Assembly: GCA_964599625.1 (NCBI GenBank)
Contig: CAZRGC010000004.1
Coordinates: forward strand, 75,705 to 139,704
Length of the DNA: 64,000 bases
Direction: 5' to 3'
From: an uncultured Gammaproteobacteria bacterium
GTDB taxonomy: Bacteria; Patescibacteriota; Microgenomatia; UBA8517
Below the pieces are notes generated by a model, which saw nothing but the letters and a program-made list of their open reading frames with translations, was not told the DNA's origin and searched no databases. Both the position numbers and the translations under genes were made by a program. This document shows, piece by piece, positions 18,672-28,438 of the stretch (position 1 is the stretch's first letter; each line of letters begins with the position of its first letter).

Positions 18672-19816
18672 AATCCTGAAAAGAAATTGTTTATATTTTC
18701 AACAATTAAGTCTTGGTCATCTTTCGAAATCTGTGCAAACAAAGGAAGTCTTAGCAGAGTGTCGTTTATATCGTTTGTAACCGGAAAGTCTTCTTGTTTA
18801 TATCCCAAGTTTTGTCCTACGGGGCTTGAGTGAAGCGGTACGTAATGAGCGACTGCGCCAATTTCTCTGGATCTCAGAAAGTCCATAAGTGCGTTTCTTA
18901 CTTCCGCATTTGGTAAAAGAATAAAGAATATGTGTGCATTATGTTCCTGGCCCTCCGGGATTGTCGGAAGTGTTAGCTTTCCTTTTTGCTCCAAACTTTT
19001 GAGCTGATCGTGATAATAGTTGTATTTATCAACTCTGAGTCTGGTTATTTCTTCTTCCATTTCCAGTTGTGCATACAAGAAGGCTGCTAGCATGTCGCTC
19101 GGAAGATAACTGCCTCCTATTTCTACCCATGTATACTTATCTATAACACCTCTTAAAAATTTAGAACGATTAGTGCCTTTTTCTCTTAGAATTTCTGCTT
19201 TTTCTATAGTTTCGCTATCCGGGTTATTAATTAGCAAAGCTCCACCTTCTCCTGAAACAATATTTTTTGTACCGTGGAAACTCAAACATCCGAAGTCTCC
19301 GATTGTGCCCAGATATTTACCCTTGTACTTACTGCCTATTGCTTGTGCTGCATCCTCTATAACTTTAAGATTGTTCTTCTTGGCCAAATCCATTATTTTA
19401 TCCATGTCGCAGGAGACTCCGGCATAATGAACAACCATAATTGCCTTTGTCTTTGGGGTTATGGCTTTTTCAACTTCGATCGGATCTATGTTTATTGTTT
19501 TTGGATCAACATCCACAAACTTTATTACAACCCCTTTTTCCAAAAGGATTGCATTGGCCGTTGAGGAAAAAGTGAAGGATGGCGCAATAACCTCATCACC
19601 CTTTTTGAGATCCAGCAGTTTTACTGCCATCTCCAAAGCAGTTGTGCACGACGTGGTCAATAGCACTTTTGGGATTTTGTATTTTTCCTCGAACCACCTG
19701 TGGACAAGCTTGGTATATTTTCCGTCACCGGCTGTGTCTAAACCATTGTCGATAATATCTTTTATATACTCGATTTCTTTCCCTGTTATATATGGTTTGC
19801 TGAATGGTATTTTCAT
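18668..19816 (-). CDS. DegT/DnrJ/EryC1/StrS-family PLP-dependent sugar aminotransferase
   Basis: GKEIEYIKDIIDNG...TSCTTALEMA...SFHGTKNI (the Lys in the SFH-x-x-K context). 382 aa, a typical length. Confidence 0.85.
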   Translation of the reverse strand: MKIPFSKPYITGKEIEYIKDIIDNGLDTAGDGKYTKLVHRWFEEKYKIPKVLLTTSCTTALEMAVKLLDLKKGDEVIAPSFTFSSTANAILLEKGVVIKFVDVDPKTINIDPIEVEKAITPKTKAIMVVHYAGVSCDMDKIMDLAKKNNLKVIEDAAQAIGSKYKGKYLGTIGDFGCLSFHGTKNIVSGEGGALLINNPDSETIEKAEILREKGTNRSKFLRGVIDKYTWVEIGGSYLPSDMLAAFLYAQLEMEEEITRLRVDKYNYYHDQLKSLEQKGKLTLPTIPEGQEHNAHIFFILLPNAEVRNALMDFLRSREIGAVAHYVPLHSSPVGQNLGYKQEDFPVTNDINDTLLRLPLFAQISKDDQDLIVENINNFFSGL

Positions 19817-20910
19817 TTTTTATTTTCTTTTTTAATTATTTCCTCAAAAAAGTCAGACATCATTTTTGCCACATTTGGCCATTTGAATTTCTTGGCATAA
19901 TTCCTGGCAAAAATTTTCATGCGTGATAGCTTAGCCGATTTGCTTGCATTTAGCAATAATTGTCCGTATTCTCGGACATTAAAGGCTTTGGCTTGGAAAG
20001 AAAACTCCGGTTTTAACCACCCGAATTCGGGAATGTCAAAAGTTACTAATGGAAGACCTGCTGCAATTGCTTCAATTGAGAAAAGCGGCAGATTGTCATA
20101 TCTCGAAGGAAAAGCTACCAAATGAGCATTGGCCAGAAGATCCATCTTCCTCTCTCCTTTTACGGTTCCTACCATGGTAACTTTGTTTTCCAACTTGAGA
20201 TCGGATATTAATCTTTTGACCTTTTCTGCGTCCGGACCACCCCCGGCAATTATCAACGGATATTTTATTTTTTCGGAAACTGAACCATATGCTTTCAGGA
20301 GCAAATCTATTCCTTTTTGTGCAATATCTAATCTGCCCAAGTACAATATATATTTGTTTGACTTGTGTTTTATCTTAAAATATTCATCCCCTACCCCTTG
20401 TGGAATCATCTTTGACAACGCGGTTGAGTTGTATTTTCTGAACAGTTTTTCGTCGGTATCTATGTACGGCATAAAATATTTGTAAAGTTTGCAACCTAAT
20501 GCCTCAAACCAAACAAAAGGTAGGTGATATTTTTCTGAAAACTGTTTCCCGGCAAAAACTGTTGGGAGGGCCACTACTGGTATTTTTGTGAATAACGGTG
20601 AAAACAAACTTGATATTGGTGCAGTAAAACATTCAACAATAATATCTGCTTTAAGCCTTGCCACTGTAAACGGTAAAAGTAAGATGTAGAAAGCATTGTT
20701 TACTTGAATATTTCCGGTGTTTATGCCGATATGCTTGTATGTAATCCCGTTTTCGGTTCTGTCTTTATAACCAGGATATTTGCTACAAATAGATACAACT
20801 TTATGTCCCATTTTCGCCAACCTACCACCGACCTCGTATGTCGCACGGGCCTGCCCCGCAGCCAGTAGAGGATTTTTTATATCATCAAGATCCAAGAATA
20901 TTATTTTCAT
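19813..20910 (-). CDS. glycosyltransferase family 4 (GT-B)
   Basis: C-terminal GRLDIAQKGIDLL...FPSRYDNLPLFSIEAIAAGLPLV (E-x7-E-like GT4 motif). Confidence 0.75.
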   Translation of the reverse strand: MKIIFLDLDDIKNPLLAAGQARATYEVGGRLAKMGHKVVSICSKYPGYKDRTENGITYKHIGINTGNIQVNNAFYILLLPFTVARLKADIIVECFTAPISSLFSPLFTKIPVVALPTVFAGKQFSEKYHLPFVWFEALGCKLYKYFMPYIDTDEKLFRKYNSTALSKMIPQGVGDEYFKIKHKSNKYILYLGRLDIAQKGIDLLLKAYGSVSEKIKYPLIIAGGGPDAEKVKRLISDLKLENKVTMVGTVKGERKMDLLANAHLVAFPSRYDNLPLFSIEAIAAGLPLVTFDIPEFGWLKPEFSFQAKAFNVREYGQLLLNASKSAKLSRMKIFARNYAKKFKWPNVAKMMSDFFEEIIKKENKK

Positions 20911-21860
20911 ATTGTTTTCTTTATTCCATCTTCAAGACTTGTGTTTGCTGTCCAGCCAAAAACACTTTTTGCCAGGTCTGCGTTCAACACACTTCTATCC
21001 TGACCAACCCCGGAGTTCTTGTCGTATTCAAAATTAATCTTGAAATCAAAGTCTTTTGAGATCATGTTCAATATTTGATTAATGGTCGACTCTTTCCCGG
21101 TTGATACGTTGTAGATCATCGACTTTTGTATAGCCTTTGGGAAATCTGTGAAACTTATTTTTTCGCAAAGATCTATAAGATCGTCAACATAAATAAAATC
21201 TCTGGTTTGTTCTCCGTCGCCGTCGATTACGACTTTTTCACCTTCTTTTATTTGATTTATGAACTTATTTATTGCACCCACAATCTCGGACTTTCCACCA
21301 ACTCCATATACGTTTGCAAATCTCAGTACGATCCCATTCATGCCGATCGAGTTGTAGTACTGAATGTATTTCTCAATAGCCAGTTTTGAGCATGCATAAG
21401 GTGAGGAGGGACTTTCTTTTTGTGTCTCTACTTGCCCCCCATTTGGGACAAAGTCACCGTATACTCCTGAAGTAGAAAAGAAAACTAAGTTCTTTATCTT
21501 TAGTTTTTGCATGCTTTCCAAAAGGTTTAAAGAACCTATTACATTTTCACCTGCAAACTTCAAAGGGTTTTTGAGAGATTCTTTAACGCTCTTTAGTGCT
21601 GCAAGATGGAATACAACATCCGGCTTTTCTGTCTCTAATATCTTGGTAAAGTCTTTATCCATTATGCTGTTTTCATAAAACTTTGCTTCATTGTTCAGGT
21701 TGCTTTTAAAGCCGCTCGACAGGTTATCAACAACGACAACTCTGTTCCCTAGATCCAACATTCTTTGAACCAATTTGGGACCAATATAACCTGCTCCTCC
21801 TGTGATCAAAATTGTTTTTTTCATATTATTTTTGTTAGTTCCCCTGCACTGTTGTCCCAT
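20907..21860 (-). CDS. NAD-dependent epimerase/dehydratase (UDP-sugar 4-epimerase-like SDR)
   Basis: ILITGGAGYIGPKLV Rossmann motif, with YACSK (Y-x3-K catalytic). Confidence 0.85.
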   Translation of the reverse strand: MGQQCRGTNKNNMKKTILITGGAGYIGPKLVQRMLDLGNRVVVVDNLSSGFKSNLNNEAKFYENSIMDKDFTKILETEKPDVVFHLAALKSVKESLKNPLKFAGENVIGSLNLLESMQKLKIKNLVFFSTSGVYGDFVPNGGQVETQKESPSSPYACSKLAIEKYIQYYNSIGMNGIVLRFANVYGVGGKSEIVGAINKFINQIKEGEKVVIDGDGEQTRDFIYVDDLIDLCEKISFTDFPKAIQKSMIYNVSTGKESTINQILNMISKDFDFKINFEYDKNSGVGQDRSVLNADLAKSVFGWTANTSLEDGIKKTI

Positions 21861-24800
21861 TCAAATTTCTTTGCCCATTCGATACTGTCTTTGTCCATTC
21901 TTTGCCTGGTTCTGTTGTTTTTGAGCAAAGTAACTATATTCTCTGCAAATTCTTCGGAATTGCCGTAGGGCACAAGGACACCTGAATGTGGGTTGTGCAC
22001 AGCATCCCTTAGCCCCGCCACATTGCTGGCAACAACAGGAGTTCCACAAGCGTTGGCTTCTATTGTTGTTATGCCCCAACCTTCGATGAGTGAAGGGTTA
22101 ACAAAAAGCCAGGCCCTTTGATAGAGTTTTATTTTTTCTTCATCTGATACTTTTCCGGTAAATTCTATTTTGTCTGCAAGCCCAAGTTTCTTTGCCAACT
22201 TCATCAAACGTTTTTTATCTTGGCCTTCTCCTGCTATGACAATTTGTACTTTAGGAACTTTTTCCAGAACCACTTTCGCGGCGCGAATCAAAACATCAAT
22301 GGATTTTTGTGGGGTAAGGCGACCCAAGTAGAGAATCATTGGACGTGCCGATTTTTTGGCAGGTTTGTATTTATTCAAATCTACGCCGTTGTAAATGATG
22401 TGAGGCTCTTTGGTAGTGAGTTTGTGCTCCAAAATATCCGCTTTGGAAGACGGAGATACTGTAATAACCTCGGTGTTTTTGTAAACCATGGGCATTATGC
22501 GTTTCTCCAAAAACTGCCCTATCCAACTGAGTGGGGGTACTAGTTTCATTCGGAACACCTCCTGATGTACATGATGAATCAAAAGGAATATTTTCTTGCT
22601 GGAATATAACGGGGTAAAAAATGGAATTCCGTTTTCGCTGTCTATGATTACATCAAAATACTTGTGAAGCTTCAGGACATAATACAAAAATGCCCAAAGA
22701 TAAACTGTATAAAAACCTCCGCGGCGGATTATTTGTACACCTTCGACTTTTTCGTTCCTTGGGTTTTTTCGGTCGTTGCCGCAAAAAATAGTGACCTTGT
22801 AACCCTTTACAACAAGCCGTTTGGCTATTTCGTGTATGTAGACCTCTGCTCCCCCGCTCCAAACATGCTTTGTATCGCGCCAATTGAATATAAGAATACG
22901 CGGGTGGCCTGTTGTGTTTTCTGTAGATTTGGGGCCGACAAGTGTAAAAAGACCCAAAAAATCGGCCAAATTAGTAAGGATGGAATAGACGGCATCGTGA
23001 TAAAAGTTAAGAGCAACCATGCTTCCCAGGTAGATGGCCCCACCCAAAAGCATTGCCCAGACGATGTCTCCAATACCTCTGTGAATAATTGCAATACCTG
23101 CAATCTGCACCAATGAAAATACAAATCCTAGATAAGAAAATATATGTCGCCCTTTTACCTGGTGATAGTTAACTATTGTTACAGCAACTGTTTGCAAAAG
23201 TATTGCAAATGTATACAAGGGAAGATATTGGATTACGGAATTGACCTTGTCGCCAAAAAGTATGGGTGCAGTAATCCAACCAAAAACTCCAAATGCCAAG
23301 AAGGCTAGTACCGACATTCCGGTGGTTGCCCCCAGTATCTTGTAAAAAGTATTTTGGGAACTTACCCCCTCACCTTCGTTTTTGCTTACAATTGGTGTAA
23401 CAAATCCGCTAAGCAGTGACCCGATCATGTAAACCATCTTTCCGGCCAAAGACAGAATTGCGTAACGCCCAGCATCCTCGGGTGAGAGATATATTTTTGC
23501 CGCCACTACATCCAGGCTCAGAAACGCTATTGTTGAAATTTTGTTTGCAACCGAAGATGCAAAAAACTTAGCAGGGAACTTTTCTTCAGATTTTTCGATT
23601 TCTACAACTTTTGATTTAAGGTTAAGAATAAACAACCAACCGATTGCAAATGAGCAAAACATTGAAATTGGGATACTTAGGTAAACCCACTCATGGAGCC
23701 CAAGTTGAACAAAAAGGACACTGAAAATAAGTTTTGCCAATGCCTCTCCGATCACAGCCACCCCCGAGATCACGAACAGCTGATTACCCGACACAAACCC
23801 TCCATCAACACTTGCAACAAACCCCATTACCCAAACAGGAACAAAGATCAAAAACGGAAGGTATGTATCTGATTTAAAAACATTTGTAAGTATTGGGGTT
23901 AAGATTAGCCAAACCACTGCCAACACAGTTGAAGTCTTGGCCATGGAACCGCGCACCTTCTGCCAATATTCTTTAACAGGGGTTTGGTATTTACCAAACA
24001 AATACCCAGACTTGTAGGTAACAGTTCTTGCCAAAGCAGACAGTGGAATGCTTGTTATGTAAACAAAACTCCCAACAAGGCCAATCAGACCAAAATCTTC
24101 CAGGTCAAGTTTCCTCCCAAGGTAGGCGTTATACAAAAAATTGAGAACGTTGCCGACCATTGAGGCAAATATCAAAAACGCTCCGGAAACATAATCTTTG
24201 TTTAAGGGGATTCCAAACTTGAAGTTAACAAACCTGGCAACTTTAACTTCATCCTTTTTGGAAAGGTCCAAATCCAGTCCGTGAATTGTTTTTTCCCAAA
24301 AATGCGGCTTAAATATCAGCTGGTAAACCGCAACAAAGGCTCCGATTGATGCCAGGAGCCAATAAATGGGAACAAAGTAAATGTATTTGATAATCTGCCA
24401 TTGTCCCCTTTTGGCGGCACCGATCATGTAGTAGTACAAATACAAAAAATTCCCAAACACTGCCGAGGTTGCTGCTATATAAAAAACAACAGGCGGAAAT
24501 AAAGATTCAATTTGCGGACCTACAAATCTGTAGAGTGCAAAATAAGCAATTGTCATTGCCCACAAAAATGGGTTTATAAGCATGAAGCTGATACGAAGAC
24601 CCGACACAAGTTGGAAAACAAAAAAATGACCTTTGCCAGTTTTGGCGAATTCCAAAGACTTTCGGTTGTGAACAAGGTATGTTTGCAGATAACCTTTTAT
24701 CCATCTGCTTCTTTGACGGATCCAGTTTTTGACATTACTATTGGCTTCCTCCAAAGTCACAGAATCAAAAATGGCTGTTTTGTAGCCTGCTCTAAAAAGT

Positions 24801-26389
24801 CTTATGCCAAGGTCTGCATCCTCCGTAACGTTAAAAGAATCCCAACCCTGCAAGTCCCGCAAAGCCTGTGTACGGAAGTGGTTGCTTGTTCCCCCCAGGG
24901 GAATTGTGGTTTCGATTGATTGCAGGCCGGGCAAAATTACGTCGAACCACAAAGAATATTCCGCCGTAAAAAGCCTGGTTAAAAGGTTTTGATGAGGATT
25001 AAAGTAGTTGAGCTTTGCCTGCAAACAAAACACGTCCATCTTGCTTTCCTGGAACGACAAATATGCCTTTTTGAGTTGTGTGGGTTCGGGCCTGTCCTCC
25101 GCATCGTAAATGACAATAAATTCTCCTGTGGCAATTTTTAATCCGTAATTGCAGGCTTTTGGCTTTGTTTTTGGTTGAGAGTCGGGAACAATTGCGATTT
25201 TAAAATAATCGGGAAGGTCAAGCTTTTTTGCCGCTTCGATTGTGTTCTCGTCATCTTCCTCCAGGAGTAAAAGCACCTCGAGTTTGTCTTTTGGATAGTC
25301 CAGTTTTCCGATGTTTTCCACAAAAGTGGGAAGCACTTTGGCTTCGCGGTACAAAGGACAGAGGATTGTATAGCGTGGGAGATAGCCGTCTTTAATATTT
25401 TTTAGGTGATCATCTGAAATTTTGATTTCGGGAGGAAAATGCAAACTTTTAAGTACCAGAAATAGGCCGAAAAATAGGTCCAAAAAGTATATAAATGACA
25501 AAATGGATATAAACAAAATAAGCGTTGATTTTGTTGCTATCAAAAGGCCTAAAAGTAATGCCGTGATCGCACCAACTATCAGAACTTTTTGCCAAGGTGT
25601 GAATGTAACGAAAGCGGATTTGGTAATATGCAGGTCTGTGTGGGTGGTGAACTTTTTGGCTTTGTATGCAAAAGTTCCCTCTTCAATTTTTATTATCCTT
25701 TTTTTGCCGAACTTGGCTTTTACTGCACTCTTGACTACTTGGTATGTTCCGGAAACTAGTGTGATTTTGGATTTGCCTTTTGCTCTTTCTGCAAAATCGA
25801 TACTAACGCATCCCATCGACTCCCCTGTTTGTTTGGCTGCGTCAACCAGGGATATATCAAAACTCCAGGGTGTCAAAGTCGCCGGGTCGATATAGTTTGC
25901 TAGCTTTCGTTTGAAAAGTTTAAGTCCAGATTGGATATCACATGGGACACCCATAAGGATGTTTCCAATTACAAATCTACTTATTTTGGAGACAAACTTT
26001 CTCCATAGTTTTTCCGAATTTCTGCCTCTGTTGGCGGTAACTATTCCCTGGTCTTTTGTCTTGGCAAGCGCATACATCTCCGGAATTGCCTCTGGCGGAT
26101 ACTGCAAATCACCGTCAATCATGGCAACGTACTCCGCGTCACTGATACTGGCACCCTGGAGTATGGAAAAAGCTTTCCCCCGCTTTCCGTGTTTGAGTTG
26201 ATACTTTATAGGATATTTTTTGGAAAGTTTTTGGATAACATCTTTTGTATTATCTTTGGAAAAGTCATCAATAAAGACTATGCCGTAATCAATACCTGCA
26301 GATTTGAGACTTGTATCTATCCTTTTGACCAGATCCTGGACATTTTCGGCCTCGTCCATCACTGGGACAACAACATCTATTTGTTTCAT
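21821..26389 (-). CDS. 1522-aa multidomain fusion: GT2 (DPM1-like) + processive GT2 (QxxRW) + Wzx/MATE-like polytopic domain + GT4
   Basis: aa 1-230 VVVPVMDEAENV...IDGD (GT2). aa ~330-620 YDAED...QRSRWIKG (cellulose/chitin-synthase-like GT2). aa ~690-1130 has ~12 TM helices (flippase-like). aa ~1150-1522 EGWGITTIEANACGTPVVAS (GT4). It is one continuous ORF on the minus strand. Confidence 0.75.
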   Translation of the reverse strand: MKQIDVVVPVMDEAENVQDLVKRIDTSLKSAGIDYGIVFIDDFSKDNTKDVIQKLSKKYPIKYQLKHGKRGKAFSILQGASISDAEYVAMIDGDLQYPPEAIPEMYALAKTKDQGIVTANRGRNSEKLWRKFVSKISRFVIGNILMGVPCDIQSGLKLFKRKLANYIDPATLTPWSFDISLVDAAKQTGESMGCVSIDFAERAKGKSKITLVSGTYQVVKSAVKAKFGKKRIIKIEEGTFAYKAKKFTTHTDLHITKSAFVTFTPWQKVLIVGAITALLLGLLIATKSTLILFISILSFIYFLDLFFGLFLVLKSLHFPPEIKISDDHLKNIKDGYLPRYTILCPLYREAKVLPTFVENIGKLDYPKDKLEVLLLLEEDDENTIEAAKKLDLPDYFKIAIVPDSQPKTKPKACNYGLKIATGEFIVIYDAEDRPEPTQLKKAYLSFQESKMDVFCLQAKLNYFNPHQNLLTRLFTAEYSLWFDVILPGLQSIETTIPLGGTSNHFRTQALRDLQGWDSFNVTEDADLGIRLFRAGYKTAIFDSVTLEEANSNVKNWIRQRSRWIKGYLQTYLVHNRKSLEFAKTGKGHFFVFQLVSGLRISFMLINPFLWAMTIAYFALYRFVGPQIESLFPPVVFYIAATSAVFGNFLYLYYYMIGAAKRGQWQIIKYIYFVPIYWLLASIGAFVAVYQLIFKPHFWEKTIHGLDLDLSKKDEVKVARFVNFKFGIPLNKDYVSGAFLIFASMVGNVLNFLYNAYLGRKLDLEDFGLIGLVGSFVYITSIPLSALARTVTYKSGYLFGKYQTPVKEYWQKVRGSMAKTSTVLAVVWLILTPILTNVFKSDTYLPFLIFVPVWVMGFVASVDGGFVSGNQLFVISGVAVIGEALAKLIFSVLFVQLGLHEWVYLSIPISMFCSFAIGWLFILNLKSKVVEIEKSEEKFPAKFFASSVANKISTIAFLSLDVVAAKIYLSPEDAGRYAILSLAGKMVYMIGSLLSGFVTPIVSKNEGEGVSSQNTFYKILGATTGMSVLAFLAFGVFGWITAPILFGDKVNSVIQYLPLYTFAILLQTVAVTIVNYHQVKGRHIFSYLGFVFSLVQIAGIAIIHRGIGDIVWAMLLGGAIYLGSMVALNFYHDAVYSILTNLADFLGLFTLVGPKSTENTTGHPRILIFNWRDTKHVWSGGAEVYIHEIAKRLVVKGYKVTIFCGNDRKNPRNEKVEGVQIIRRGGFYTVYLWAFLYYVLKLHKYFDVIIDSENGIPFFTPLYSSKKIFLLIHHVHQEVFRMKLVPPLSWIGQFLEKRIMPMVYKNTEVITVSPSSKADILEHKLTTKEPHIIYNGVDLNKYKPAKKSARPMILYLGRLTPQKSIDVLIRAAKVVLEKVPKVQIVIAGEGQDKKRLMKLAKKLGLADKIEFTGKVSDEEKIKLYQRAWLFVNPSLIEGWGITTIEANACGTPVVASNVAGLRDAVHNPHSGVLVPYGNSEEFAENIVTLLKNNRTRQRMDKDSIEWAKKFEWDNSAGELTKII

Positions 26390-26560
26390 CTTTTATTTGC
26401 AAAAAATCTAAAGCGATTTGACTTAATAAACGCCTGAAGCTAATTAGAATATAGGATATATTTTCCTTTTAGTAATTATTTTCAAGTTTGAGGCTATAAT
26501 TTACAGACTACAGGCACGCTTGTCAAGAAGAAATTTATCCTGTAATGAAGGTTTTTGTGT

Positions 26561-27037
26561 TTACTTTTCCATTGCCGAACTTATTTCTTTTTCGGCTGTT
26601 TCGGCATCTTTGTATTCCCCTGTTTTTACCCACTTGTCGGGCTCGATGTTTTTGTAGTTATCAAAAAAGTCTTTGATTTGTTTTAGTTGGTGCGGGTGTA
26701 AGTCGGAAATCTTGGTTACAGTCCCCATAATAGGATCAACCTTTTTGACTGCAGTGGCGATTATTTTTGTGTCAATTCCCCCCTCATCTTCCATCTCAAG
26801 CATTCCAATCACTTGGCATTTAATTACTACACCGGGAACTAGTGGTTCGGAAGTAAGGACTATTATGTCCAACGGGTCACCGTCTTTTCCACGTGTGCCT
26901 TCTATAAAACCATAGTTAAATGGGAAAAAATTTGCTCCATGAAGAATTCTGTCGGCTGTAAGTTTGCCTGTTTCCTCGTCTATTTCGTATTTGACGCGGC
27001 TTCCGTATGGAATTTCTATATATGCTTTCAGGTCCAT
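26561..27037 (-). CDS. ppa: inorganic pyrophosphatase (family I)
   Basis: EIPYGSRVKYEIDEETG...DGDPLDIIVL is the canonical PPase signature D-[SGN]-D-P-x-D. Confidence 0.92.
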   Translation of the reverse strand: MDLKAYIEIPYGSRVKYEIDEETGKLTADRILHGANFFPFNYGFIEGTRGKDGDPLDIIVLTSEPLVPGVVIKCQVIGMLEMEDEGGIDTKIIATAVKKVDPIMGTVTKISDLHPHQLKQIKDFFDNYKNIEPDKWVKTGEYKDAETAEKEISSAMEK

Positions 27038-27078
27038 AGGCTTATTTTAAATCGCAAAACTTAAATTTCAAGACTCAA

Positions 27079-27759
27079 ATGATACAATGCCATGTGGACG
27101 GTACAACACTATATATAAGTTCCAGGGAGTTTGGGCACACAGGCCTTTTGTCCCCCGAAAACCGCAAAAGATTTTTTGATAGCGTTAACGTTTCAGAAAA
27201 AGATGTGGTGAGTATGCATCTGACACACACCAACAACGTAGTTGCCGTGGGAAAAAGCGATGGTGGGAGACTTTTTGAGGACACAGATGGACTTGTTACA
27301 AATGAAACCGGAATCTGGCTGGCTCTTCCTGTGGCCGATTGCCTACCTATTATTATTTACGACCCTATCAATAAAGCTATCGGTTTGGTGCATGCGGGTT
27401 GGAGAGGGCTGGACAATGGTGTTTTGGAGAATGCTTTGCGGTTGATGAACGAAAAGTATGGCAGCAACTTATTTGACCTAAAAGTTAAACTTGGAGCCTG
27501 CATTTGTCAAAAGCATTTTGAAGTAAAGATGGACGTTTTGGAAAAATTTGCCAGTTATGCTGCGGCAATTCATACAGAAGATGGCAAATACTTTTTGGAT
27601 TTAAGAAAAGTGGCGGTAATACAACTTTTGGCCTTTGGAATTCCTCTTAAAAACATGGAAATAGACGGCAGGTGCACTCTCGAAGAAAAAGAACTTTTTT
27701 CGTTCAGGGGCGGGGATGTTAAGGGCAGAAATCTCTATCTATTGACATTAAATCATTAG
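27079..27759 (+). CDS. pgeF: YfiH/PgeF-family (DUF152) peptidoglycan-editing / laccase-domain protein
   Basis: GLVHAGWRGLDNGVLENA matches the conserved HAGWRG motif. Confidence 0.8.
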   Translation: MIQCHVDGTTLYISSREFGHTGLLSPENRKRFFDSVNVSEKDVVSMHLTHTNNVVAVGKSDGGRLFEDTDGLVTNETGIWLALPVADCLPIIIYDPINKAIGLVHAGWRGLDNGVLENALRLMNEKYGSNLFDLKVKLGACICQKHFEVKMDVLEKFASYAAAIHTEDGKYFLDLRKVAVIQLLAFGIPLKNMEIDGRCTLEEKELFSFRGGDVKGRNLYLLTLNH

Positions 27760-27775
27760 TTGATAATACTTAATT

Positions 27776-28438
27776 ATGGCTTACAACAATAAGTACAATG
27801 TCGTCCACAAAGGACTGAATATGGTATTTGTTGTTTTCTCCTTGGTTGTTATGGGTGGTGCTGCTTTTGCCATGACCACAATGAACTTCAATTACAAATC
27901 AAGTGCGGCCAACGCCACAGTTACCGCAACAGGGAACATTGTCAAAGCCGGTACTTCGGATTTCGCAAAATGCGCGGAGTTTATCAAAACAAACAATTTA
28001 CCGACCACAACGCTTAAATATGGACTTTTGAATGCAACAACAACCGCGGACGTGGCAGGGGTAAAATACAATAACCCCATCCCGTGTCTTCCACTTTCGA
28101 TACAAGCCAGTTTTGCAGATCCATTTTTGACCAAAAAGGTAACAGTTACAGGAACGTATAAAGATAAGATTTTTTACGCTAACACAATTAGGCTTTTTGG
28201 TGTTGCCTGCACAGAACAGTGTCCCGGTAAGGACGGTGTCTTAAGAAACTGCACCCCTCCGGAGGCTGATGGAACTTCGAGTGACAGCCTTTGTAACTCC
28301 AAAGGACGTGTTGAGACTTGTGGAACCAGTCAATACTGCTGTCCGGCAGCGGGTGGCAAGTGGACTACTGACATGAGTGCCTGTAAAGCTACAGGAAAAC
28401 CACGACCTACTCCAATGGTTCCTCCGCCTAGCCGTTAG
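27776..28438 (+). CDS. secreted/membrane-anchored protein with C-terminal Cys-rich module
   Basis: N-terminal TM MVFVVFSLVVMGGAAFA. The C-terminal 70 aa contain ~10 Cys (CTEQCPG...CNSKGRVETCGTSQYCCPAAG...ACKA). Confidence 0.5.
   Translation: MAYNNKYNVVHKGLNMVFVVFSLVVMGGAAFAMTTMNFNYKSSAANATVTATGNIVKAGTSDFAKCAEFIKTNNLPTTTLKYGLLNATTTADVAGVKYNNPIPCLPLSIQASFADPFLTKKVTVTGTYKDKIFYANTIRLFGVACTEQCPGKDGVLRNCTPPEADGTSSDSLCNSKGRVETCGTSQYCCPAAGGKWTTDMSACKATGKPRPTPMVPPPSR

Noticed and set aside
22220-25895. Multiple plus-strand ORFs (22220..22543, 22664..23116, 24512..24919, 25422..25895, etc.)
   Set aside because: All lie antisense within the 1522-aa fusion gene and lack motifs. They are shadow ORFs.
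26390-26560. Possible tRNA or small RNA in the 171-bp AT-rich gap upstream of the glycan operon
   Set aside because: No GTTC-type T-loop or acceptor-stem pairing was found. The composition is consistent with a promoter region for the long minus-strand operon, but no -35/-10 could be assigned confidently.
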